From an uncultured Gammaproteobacteria bacterium (GTDB lineage: Bacteria; Pseudomonadota; Gammaproteobacteria; Steroidobacterales; Steroidobacteraceae), in NCBI GenBank assembly GCA_963835645.1, contig CAWIGQ010000012.1, forward strand, positions 16,954 to 80,953: a stretch of 64,000 nt of DNA, given 5' to 3'. The notes beneath the pieces are model-generated. The model had not been told where the DNA came from and ran no database searches. It saw only the letters and a program-made list of their open reading frames with translations. Each line of letters begins with the position of its first letter. Position 1 is the first letter of the stretch. This document shows positions 18,979 to 26,738 of this stretch, piece by piece. Position numbers and translations under genes: made by a program.

Positions 18979-20061
18979 ATGGCAGCCGCGGGCCTGATAC
19001 GTCATTCGGCCAGTCATGTACTGGCGGCGGATTTTGACTACATACGGGGATTGGTCGAGCGTAACTACGTCGGCCAGGGTCCCTTGTGCGACGACCTCAG
19101 GCAGCTCATCAAAGAGCAATTTCCCTGCAGCGAAGTGATTCTGACGGACAGCGGTACCGCGGCCCTGCACCTTTGCCTGGTGGCGCTCGCCATGGAGCGC
19201 CCCGGGAGGACGAAGGTGCTGACCGGCGCCTATGCCTGCCCGGAAGTGATCTGCGCGATCCTCCAGGCCGGGCTCGAGCCGGTGCTGGTGGACAGCCGCG
19301 CGGATTGCCTCAACGTCGACATGGCGGCCGTGGGTCGACTGGTCGACGAGAAGACGCTCGCGATCATCTGCACCCATGTCGGGGGCCTGCCGGATGAGTA
19401 TCGGCTGGCCGCAAGCTTCGGGGTGCCGGTCATCTCGGACTGCGCTCAGGCGGTGGGGTCACGCGTGGACGGACGCGATGTGGCAAGCGAGGGTCTGTGC
19501 GCGATCCTGTCGTTCGGCGCCACCAAGATGCTCAGCGCCGGCGGTGGTGGCGCGCTGCTTTGCCGCAGCGAGAGTCTGGCGCGTACGATCGTAGACTTGG
19601 CGCGGCCGGAACTGTCGATCGAGGAGTATCGCCGCGGCGGCTTCCGCATGACTTACGGACAGCATATCGGCGACCTTACCGCTGGACTGGCCGCTGCCCA
19701 GTTGCGCAGGCTTGCGGGCCTGGTGGAACGCAGGCGATCGATCGCCGCCTCGTATGACGCGGTGCTGCGCGGGCGCGCCGACATCGACCTGCTGAGCGAG
19801 GGTGCGGGCGTGCGCGCGAATCGCTTCCGTTATTACTTCCTGTCGCGCGCGGCTCCAGCGTGGATAGAATCTCTGCGCTCGCGGGGAATCGACGCCAGGG
19901 GGTCAATCTCGCACGTCATTCCCGAGTACGATGGCAGTCTGCGGGCCTTCCCCAGGCTGGGCGCCATGTCCGGCAGGGTGGTATCGGCGCCGATCTACCC
20001 GGCGATGAGCGCCGCTGAGGTCGATGCGATTACGGCTGCACTGCAGGGGGTAAACCGATGA
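18979..20061 (+). CDS. DegT/DnrJ-family PLP-dependent aminotransferase (second copy in this module)
   Basis: 360 aa. TDSGTAALHL and the lysine region SFGATKMLSAGGGGALL fit the family. The N-terminus is divergent. Confidence 0.7.
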   Translation: MAAAGLIRHSASHVLAADFDYIRGLVERNYVGQGPLCDDLRQLIKEQFPCSEVILTDSGTAALHLCLVALAMERPGRTKVLTGAYACPEVICAILQAGLEPVLVDSRADCLNVDMAAVGRLVDEKTLAIICTHVGGLPDEYRLAASFGVPVISDCAQAVGSRVDGRDVASEGLCAILSFGATKMLSAGGGGALLCRSESLARTIVDLARPELSIEEYRRGGFRMTYGQHIGDLTAGLAAAQLRRLAGLVERRRSIAASYDAVLRGRADIDLLSEGAGVRANRFRYYFLSRAAPAWIESLRSRGIDARGSISHVIPEYDGSLRAFPRLGAMSGRVVSAPIYPAMSAAEVDAITAALQGVNR

Positions 20062-21296
20062 AGCGGCTGCTGGGAATCACCGGAATCCGCTCGGACTATG
20101 ATCTGATGAGCGGGCTTTACCGGCGCCTCGCCGCCGATCCGGGGCTGGATTTCAGGCTGATCGTGGGTGGGGCACACCTTTCCAAGACCTACGGCTATTC
20201 GCTCGATCTGATCCGTGCCGACGGAATCCCGGTGCTGGCCACCATCGAGAGCCTGATCGATTCGGATTCCGTCTCCTCGCGCTTGAAGTCCGCGAGCATC
20301 ATGTTGCAGAGCGCAGTGGACATCGTCGCGGCCTGGCGGCCTGACCTGATGGTGTACGCCGGTGACCGCGAAGAGGTCTGGATCGGAGGCATGCTCGGTA
20401 ACTATCTCGAAATTCCGACGGTGCATTTCTACGGCGGTGACCATACCGACAGCTGGCATATCGACAATCCGGTGCGGCATGCGGCCTCAAAGCTGTCCAC
20501 GTTCCATGTCGTGACGATCGAAGAGCACCGCCGGCGGCTCATCGCCATGGGTGAGCCGGACTCCAGGATCAGGGTCCTCGGGAGCCTGGCGCTGGACAAC
20601 TTCCACTCGAGCGAAGCGGAGTCTGCCGGCAACAGTGAAGCGCCGGGCTCGCAGTCGGAGGTCGGCGATTACGCGCTGGTGCTGTTTCATCCCGACCCCT
20701 CGGAGTACGCCGTCGCCGGCGACATCTGCCGGGACATTCTGCTGGAGCTCAAGCACGCGGGGCTGGGAGCGTACGTCGGCTACCCCAACACCGATGCTGC
20801 CAACAAAGACATCATCGAGGTGTTTTCCGAGTTCGCCCATGAGCCGCGCTTCCACTTCTATCGGGCCCTGGAGCGCAACAGGTTCATTGCGCTCTACAAG
20901 CATGCCCGTTTCATCATCGGCAACTCCTCTTCAGGGATCATCGAGGCAGCCTCGGTGCCGATTCCGGCGATCAATGTCGGGCTGCGCCAGCGCGGGCGAC
21001 TGGCGGGCCGCAACGTGATTTTTGTGGGTGCCGATCGGGATGCCATGCGGCGCGCGATCGCCACCGCTCAGGATCCGGCGTTTCGGGCATCGCTTGCCGA
21101 CATGCTGAATCCATACGGAGACGGACGCAGCTGCGCCCGCGCGTACGAGCTGATCGTCAATACGGATTTCGCCCGGCTGTTGCAGAAGACCGAGGATCCG
21201 CTACATCCGCACGCTGCGAACGAAGCTGCTAAGGACGCCCGCAGTGAGGCCAGAGCCGACGTCAAGTATGTGTTCCGACCGATGCCGGTCAGCTGA
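20058..21296 (+). CDS. legG: Hydrolysing NDP-HexNAc 2-epimerase (NeuC/LegG family)
   Basis: LGITGIRSDYDLM, GGAHLSKTYG and VHFYGGDHT are typical of NeuC-type hydrolysing 2-epimerases. 412 aa with a C-terminal extension. ATGA overlap upstream. Confidence 0.75.
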   Translation: MKRLLGITGIRSDYDLMSGLYRRLAADPGLDFRLIVGGAHLSKTYGYSLDLIRADGIPVLATIESLIDSDSVSSRLKSASIMLQSAVDIVAAWRPDLMVYAGDREEVWIGGMLGNYLEIPTVHFYGGDHTDSWHIDNPVRHAASKLSTFHVVTIEEHRRRLIAMGEPDSRIRVLGSLALDNFHSSEAESAGNSEAPGSQSEVGDYALVLFHPDPSEYAVAGDICRDILLELKHAGLGAYVGYPNTDAANKDIIEVFSEFAHEPRFHFYRALERNRFIALYKHARFIIGNSSSGIIEAASVPIPAINVGLRQRGRLAGRNVIFVGADRDAMRRAIATAQDPAFRASLADMLNPYGDGRSCARAYELIVNTDFARLLQKTEDPLHPHAANEAAKDARSEARADVKYVFRPMPVS

Positions 21297-21379
21297 ATCC
21301 TTTCCAATTCGTAATGTTCGCGCAGGGCGACGCGGCTGAAGATATGACATCGGACAGACTGGCAGCGGGAAGCTAAGGC

Positions 21380-22048
21380 ATGAGCGAGCGCGTACTTGTG
21401 ATAGCCCCACATCCGGATGATGAGACGCTCGGATGCGGCGGGACGCTGTTGCGCATGGCGGAGAGTGGTGCGCAACTGGCATGGCTCATCGTCACGCGCA
21501 TCTCCGAGGAGGCGGGCTTCACGCCGCAGCGCGTGCAGGGGAGGGATGCGGAAATCGAGAAGGTGAGGAGCCTGCTGGGATTCGCCGAGGTCTTCCAGTT
21601 GTCCATGCCGACGCGGCAGCTGGATGCCATCCCGATGGCGGAACTGGTCGAGCAGTTCTCGACAGTGTTCCGGGCATTCAAACCGGAACACGTTTTTCTG
21701 CCCCATCGCTCGGACGTGCATTCGGACCATCGGGTGGTTTTCGATGCGGCAGCCGCGTGCGCGAAGTGGTTCCGCTATCCCACCGTGCGGCGCCTGCTTT
21801 CCTACGAGACCATTTCCGAAACCGACTTCTGCCTCGACACGCGCTCGCCGTTTCAGCCGAACTGCTTCGTCGACATCAGCAGGTACCTGGAGCGCAAGCT
21901 GGAAATCGTCGCCGCCTACCAATCCGAGCTCGGCCCATTCCCTTTCCCACGCAGCATCGAAGCCGTGCGCGCACTGGCCGCGGTACGCGGTGCGGCCGCC
22001 GGTTTCGACGCGGCAGAGGCGTTTCAGTTGCTGCGCGAGCGCCAGTAG
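21380..22048 (+). CDS. PIG-L/LmbE-family de-N-acetylase
   Basis: VIAPHPDDETLGCGG and HSDHRVV, the zinc-binding motifs of the PIG-L family. 222 aa. Confidence 0.85.
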   Translation: MSERVLVIAPHPDDETLGCGGTLLRMAESGAQLAWLIVTRISEEAGFTPQRVQGRDAEIEKVRSLLGFAEVFQLSMPTRQLDAIPMAELVEQFSTVFRAFKPEHVFLPHRSDVHSDHRVVFDAAAACAKWFRYPTVRRLLSYETISETDFCLDTRSPFQPNCFVDISRYLERKLEIVAAYQSELGPFPFPRSIEAVRALAAVRGAAAGFDAAEAFQLLRERQ

Positions 22049-22066
22049 ACGACCCGGGCTCTGACG

Positions 22067-23152
22067 TTGCCCCACGCGTCCACAAACGCCGAGAGAAGCT
22101 GGCGGAAGGCCCTGTTACCTCCCACCGCGACGCTGCAGGACGCCATCCACAACCTGGATGAGTCGGCCCTGCAAATCATCCTCGTGGTATCGGCAGACGA
22201 GGTGCTGCTGGGTACGCTGACCGACGGTGACATCCGCCGTGGCCTGCTGCGCGGGCTCGACATGAGCTGTGCCATCGACTCGCTCATGACGCGCGAGCCG
22301 CTCATGGTGCCGGAGGGAATACCGGCGAAAGCGGTGATGCAGTTGATGCAGACGAACCGCATTCATCAGCTGCCGGTAGTCGACGAGCGCCGCCGCGTGG
22401 TGGGGCTGCGTGTCTGGCACGAGCTGCAGGCCCCCAGCCAGCGCCCCAATCTAATGGTGATCATGGCCGGCGGCCGCGGCACGCGACTGCGGCCCCACAC
22501 CGAGGACTGCCCCAAGCCGTTGCTGCCGGTGAGCGGCAAGCCGATGCTGGAGCACATCGTCGAGCGCGCCAAAGCGGACGGCTTCCGCCGCTTCGTGATG
22601 GCGATCAATTATCTGGGTGACATGATCGAGCAGTACTTTGCCGATGGCGGGCGCTGGCAGGTGCAGATCAGCTATCTGCGCGAGCAGTCGCCGCTGGGCA
22701 CCGCCGGGGCCATCACACTGCTCGAGCCGCGCCCGCAGCTGCCGTTTGTCGTCTCCAACGGCGACGTGCTCACCGATATTCACTACGGCGAGCTGCTCGA
22801 GTTCCATTGCCGTCACGAGGCAGTGGCGACCATGGCGGTGCGCCAGCACGAGTGGCAGCATCCGTTCGGTGTCGTGCGCACCAGCGGCATCGAGATCGTC
22901 GGCTTCGACGAGAAGCCGGTCGCGCGTACGCACATCAACGCCGGCATCTACGTGCTCGAGCCTGGCTGCCTCGACGCTCTCGAGGTCGGCGAGCACTGTG
23001 ACATGCCTACGCTGTTCGCCCGGCTGCAGGAGCGCGGCAGCCGCACCATCGCCTACCCGATGCACGAGCCGTGGCTCGATGTGGGGCGGCACGATGACCT
23101 GGAGCGGGCATACTCACTGCAGCTGCCGACGCAGGGCAAGAACGGCGAATAG
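22067..23152 (+). CDS. ptmE: CBS-pair plus nucleotidyltransferase fusion (PtmE-like sugar-1-phosphate nucleotidyltransferase)
   Basis: N-terminal tandem CBS region (LQIILVVSADEVLLGTLTDGDIRRGLL ... IHQLPVVDE), then the NTP-transferase loop IMAGGRGTRLRPHTEDCPKPLLPV. TTG start at 22067 is uncertain. Confidence 0.7.
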   Translation: MPHASTNAERSWRKALLPPTATLQDAIHNLDESALQIILVVSADEVLLGTLTDGDIRRGLLRGLDMSCAIDSLMTREPLMVPEGIPAKAVMQLMQTNRIHQLPVVDERRRVVGLRVWHELQAPSQRPNLMVIMAGGRGTRLRPHTEDCPKPLLPVSGKPMLEHIVERAKADGFRRFVMAINYLGDMIEQYFADGGRWQVQISYLREQSPLGTAGAITLLEPRPQLPFVVSNGDVLTDIHYGELLEFHCRHEAVATMAVRQHEWQHPFGVVRTSGIEIVGFDEKPVARTHINAGIYVLEPGCLDALEVGEHCDMPTLFARLQERGSRTIAYPMHEPWLDVGRHDDLERAYSLQLPTQGKNGE

Positions 23153-23183
23153 TCGCAAGCTGTCAGATATCCACGAGGCTGCA

Positions 23184-24194
23184 ATGAGCTGGGAGTTCGG
23201 TCCGGGCGAGGCCTCGGCGGAGGACATCCGCAGAGCGTTCCGGGTGTTTGGCTTTGCCGTCATCCGCGGCGTTCTCGAGCGCGATGAGCTCGCTGCGGTG
23301 CGCGCGGAGCTCGACCGTGCCTTCGACAGCGCCCCGCTGCGCGATCTGGCGGTGATGTGCACCACCGAACTGCTCAGGCACGAGGTGATCTGGAGGTGCC
23401 TGTTCAAGGAGCCGGTCGTGCGATCGCTGCGCGCTGCGCTGGGACCGGAGCTGTGCTACCAGAACGACCTGGACGTGCAGCGCAACTCCTACGGACAGGC
23501 AGGCTTGCAGCGGCGGCGCGGCTGGCACATGGATGCCGGCAGCGAGACGCAGCACCACTATCTGCGCTCGGCGGACTACCGCTTCGCCAAGTGCGGGATC
23601 TTCCTGCAGGATTTCGACAACGGCTGGGGCGGCGGCATCGTGGTAAAGCCCAAGAGCCACCGACGCTTCTTCGAACCGAATCCTCTCAAGCGCCGCGTGT
23701 TCTCTCTCAGACGCGCGCTCGATCGGGCGGCGATAAGGGCCGGCGTGGAGCTCGATACGCTTCAGGTGTCGACACGCGCCGGCGATCTGTGCTTTTTCGA
23801 CGCACGGCTGCTGCATTCGTCGGTACTGCCGAGCAATGCCAATATCCGGCAGATCGGCTATGACAAAAAACCGGACATCGGCCTGTTCTGGCCGGCGATA
23901 CCCAGGGTGCACACCAAATACGTGATCTATTGGGATTCCTGCAACCGGGCGATGGTCGAGGACTTTCTGCGCAACAGCATCGCCCGCTCCGAGACCGAGA
24001 TTCGCGACATGCAGGGGGCGAGCGGCCGGGCGGCGGTCTTCACCCGCTTCCTGTCGGTGCACTATCCGGACGACTACCCGGCGGATTTCGTGGCGGCTGC
24101 CAGGAGCTGCGATGTCGGGGTGGCCAGCCTGGGCGCGGAGCGGGCGGCGTTCTACAAGCAGAAATTGCAGGCGCTGCAGCTGGCGCATTCCTGA
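23184..24194 (+). CDS. Fe(II)/2-oxoglutarate dioxygenase, phytanoyl-CoA dioxygenase (PhyH) family
   Basis: 336 aa from ATG 23184. PhyH-like N-terminus (FGFAVIRGVLERDELAAV), HxD facial-triad motif GWHMDAG, and a distal His in FFDARLLHSS. The longer 518-aa ORF from 22638 is an out-of-frame overlap with ptmE and was rejected. Confidence 0.7.
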   Translation: MSWEFGPGEASAEDIRRAFRVFGFAVIRGVLERDELAAVRAELDRAFDSAPLRDLAVMCTTELLRHEVIWRCLFKEPVVRSLRAALGPELCYQNDLDVQRNSYGQAGLQRRRGWHMDAGSETQHHYLRSADYRFAKCGIFLQDFDNGWGGGIVVKPKSHRRFFEPNPLKRRVFSLRRALDRAAIRAGVELDTLQVSTRAGDLCFFDARLLHSSVLPSNANIRQIGYDKKPDIGLFWPAIPRVHTKYVIYWDSCNRAMVEDFLRNSIARSETEIRDMQGASGRAAVFTRFLSVHYPDDYPADFVAAARSCDVGVASLGAERAAFYKQKLQALQLAHS

Positions 24195-24910
24195 TGGAAG
24201 TCATTGCACTCATCTGCGCGCGGGGAGGCTCGAAGGGACTGCCGGGCAAGAACATCCGGCCCCTCGCCGGACGTCCGCTGATCGCCTGGTCGATCGCGCA
24301 GGCGCGAGCGGTGGCGCGCATCGGGCGCGTTATCGTATCGACCGACTCGGAGCAGATCGCGGCCGTGGCGCGCGAGGCTGGAGCGGAAGTGCCGTTCCTG
24401 CGACCGGCGCACCTGGCGCGCGATGACAGTCCCGAATGGCTGGCCTGGCGTCACGCACTGAGCTACCTGCGCGAGTCGCGCGGCGCCTGGCCCGATGTCG
24501 TGATCGCGGTGCCGGCGACCGCGCCGCTGCGTGCCTGCGCCGATCTCGAGGCCTGCCTGGACGAGTACGCCCGGGGCGGGGCGGACATGGTGATCACCGT
24601 GACCGAAGCGCGCCGCAACCCGTACTTCAGCATGGTCAAACGTGATGCCGACGGCACGGTGAGTCTGGTAATAGCTCCGCCGGGCGCAGTGTTTCGACGC
24701 CAGGATGCTCCGGCCGTCTATGACATCACGCCGGTGGCCTACGTGACGAGCCCGCAATTCGTCATGACGCGCAACGGGATCTTCGCCGGACGGGTGCGCG
24801 CGGTGGAGGTTCCCGCCGAGCGGGCGGTCGACATCGACACGCTGCTCGATTTCACCATCGCAGAATGCCTGCTGGCCAGGGCATCGGGCAGTGTCGGTGA
24901 AGGGCAATGA
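24194..24910 (+). CDS. legF: Acylneuraminate cytidylyltransferase family (CMP-nonulosonic acid synthetase, LegF/NeuA-like)
   Basis: The N-terminus ALICARGGSKGLPGKNIRPLAGRPLIAW is the CMP-NeuAc synthetase P-loop-like motif. 238 aa. ATG overlaps the upstream stop (TGATG). Confidence 0.82.
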   Translation: MEVIALICARGGSKGLPGKNIRPLAGRPLIAWSIAQARAVARIGRVIVSTDSEQIAAVAREAGAEVPFLRPAHLARDDSPEWLAWRHALSYLRESRGAWPDVVIAVPATAPLRACADLEACLDEYARGGADMVITVTEARRNPYFSMVKRDADGTVSLVIAPPGAVFRRQDAPAVYDITPVAYVTSPQFVMTRNGIFAGRVRAVEVPAERAVDIDTLLDFTIAECLLARASGSVGEGQ

Positions 24911-25581
24911 TCGAGCCGACCGCTGAGGTAAACGCGCGCGTCTGGCGGCGGCTTTACGCCGAAGGCGGCAACGACCTGCGCTACCCGAGCGACGTTCTGG
25001 TTCGCCTCGGCGCACGACTGCTCAGCAAGAGCCGCGATCGGCGGATTCTGGACTTCGGTTTCGGCAGCGGAGCCAATCTGCTGCATTTCGCGGCCCAGGG
25101 TTTTGCCCTGCACGGGGTCGAGATCTCCGAGCACGCGCTTGCGCGCACCCGCGAGCGGCTGCAGGTCGCCGGCCTCGCGGCGGATCTGCAGCTGCTTACA
25201 GTCGGCCAGCACCTGCCGTACGCCGACGGGTACTTTGACGCCGTATACGCCTGGCAGGTGCTGTACTACAACGACGCGCACGGCTGGGCGGCAACGGTCG
25301 GGGAACTCGAGCGCGTCACCCGGCGCGGCGGCCTGATCATCATCGCCACCGCAGCGCCCGGCGATATCTCGCAGGTCGAGGCAGAGCCGCTCGGCAACAA
25401 CTTGTACCGCTCGCGGGTTCCCGGGCAGGAGGGCTGCCTGGTGCTGATTCCGGACCAGGCGGCGCTCGTAGCGCTCTTTCCTGATCGGCGGATCGAGATT
25501 GGCGAATTTGGCTTGCGCTTTCAGGCTACGACCACGCGCTTCTGGATCGTCACCTACCGCATGCCAGACGGCCGCCCGTGA
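24907..25581 (+). CDS. Class I SAM-dependent methyltransferase
   Basis: Motif I ILDFGFGSGANLLHFA and motif II/III DAVYAWQVLYY...GGLIIIA. ATGA overlap upstream. Confidence 0.8.
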   Translation: MIEPTAEVNARVWRRLYAEGGNDLRYPSDVLVRLGARLLSKSRDRRILDFGFGSGANLLHFAAQGFALHGVEISEHALARTRERLQVAGLAADLQLLTVGQHLPYADGYFDAVYAWQVLYYNDAHGWAATVGELERVTRRGGLIIIATAAPGDISQVEAEPLGNNLYRSRVPGQEGCLVLIPDQAALVALFPDRRIEIGEFGLRFQATTTRFWIVTYRMPDGRP

Positions 25582-26729
25582 CGCGCAAGGTCATCTACGT
25601 CGCGATCGTGCGACTGACGGACAAGATGGCCGCCGACTGGCATATCGACTATCTGATCGAGAGAGGCGTGCAGGTCGAGTATTGGGATATCGTCGCGCTG
25701 CTGCGGGAGGAGCACAGCGAGCACGGTGCCCGCAATCCGCCATGGCTGCACGTGTTTCGCACGTTCGATGAGGTGGAGGAGCGGCTGCGGCTGCCCGAAA
25801 ACCGCGCTGCCTTCTACGTCATGCTCGTCAGCTACACCGGCGCTCTGGCGCGCATCTTCCGGCTGCTGTCCAGGTACGACTGCCGGATGGTGAGGTTCGC
25901 TTCGGGGGCGCTGCCGCAGGACAGCGCTTTCAAGTGGCGCAAGATCGCCGCCTGGCTGGCAACTCCCGTCCGCCTGGCGCAGGAGATCGCCGCGCGAGTG
26001 AAGGCGGCGTCGCTGCGCCGGCTGAAGCTCGTCAAGCCCTTCGCCATCACCTTCGCAGCCGGCGAAGTACCGATGGGCGCCGACAACTATACGGCGCGCG
26101 TGGTGCCGATAAATTTCTTCGATTACGACCGCTACATGGAGGCGCGCGCAGGCCGCGGCGGCGTGCTGGTGCAGGGGCGCTACGCGGTGTTTCTCGACAG
26201 CAATCTGCCCTATCACTCGGATCTCGAATTCTGCGGGTATCGGCACATCGATCCGCTCGCCTACTATGGATCTCTCAATCGCTTCTTCGGCCTGCTCGAG
26301 CGTCAGCACGGGATCAGAGTGGTGATTGCCGCGCACCCGCGCGCCAACTACGATGCGGCGACCTTCGAGGGCCGGCCGATCTACCGTCTGGCAACGGCGG
26401 AGCTGGTGCGCGACGCCGAATTCGTGCTCGCGCACACGAGTACCGCGATCAGTTACGCCGTTCTCAATCGTAAACCGCTGGTTTTTATCTATACCGCCGG
26501 CATGGCAGCCGCCTACGAGCGCTGGTTCATCCGCGAGATGCGCTGCTTTGCAGACTATCTCGATGCCGCCATCTGCAACGTCGATGCCGCCGCCGAGACC
26601 GAGCGCCTCGCCGTGCGCGCGGTCAATCTCGCCAGTTACGAGCGCTACAAGTACGAGTTCCTTACGTCACGCCAGTCGCAAGACACGCCGACCCGGGAAA
26701 TCGTCTGGCGGGAGATTCATGCGCAGTAA
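25578..26729 (+). CDS. Uncharacterised protein; candidate CMP-nonulosonic acid transferase (HP-motif protein)
   Basis: 383 aa with no family recognised by eye. It contains IRVVIAAHPRANYD (His-Pro at nt 26334-26339), followed 34 residues later by LAHTSTAISYA (26433-26444). Translationally coupled (GTGA) two genes after the CMP-synthetase. Confidence 0.4.
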   Translation: MTRKVIYVAIVRLTDKMAADWHIDYLIERGVQVEYWDIVALLREEHSEHGARNPPWLHVFRTFDEVEERLRLPENRAAFYVMLVSYTGALARIFRLLSRYDCRMVRFASGALPQDSAFKWRKIAAWLATPVRLAQEIAARVKAASLRRLKLVKPFAITFAAGEVPMGADNYTARVVPINFFDYDRYMEARAGRGGVLVQGRYAVFLDSNLPYHSDLEFCGYRHIDPLAYYGSLNRFFGLLERQHGIRVVIAAHPRANYDAATFEGRPIYRLATAELVRDAEFVLAHTSTAISYAVLNRKPLVFIYTAGMAAAYERWFIREMRCFADYLDAAICNVDAAAETERLAVRAVNLASYERYKYEFLTSRQSQDTPTREIVWREIHAQ

Positions 26730-26738
26730 CGCGCCCGC

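Noticed and set aside
22638-23183. The 5' extension of the 518-aa ORF 22638-24194, which would overlap the ptmE-like gene by about 500 nt.
   Set aside because: The extension is Ser/Arg/Ala-rich nonsense read out of frame through the nucleotidyltransferase gene. The PhyH-like domain begins at ATG 23184, just after the ptmE-like stop.
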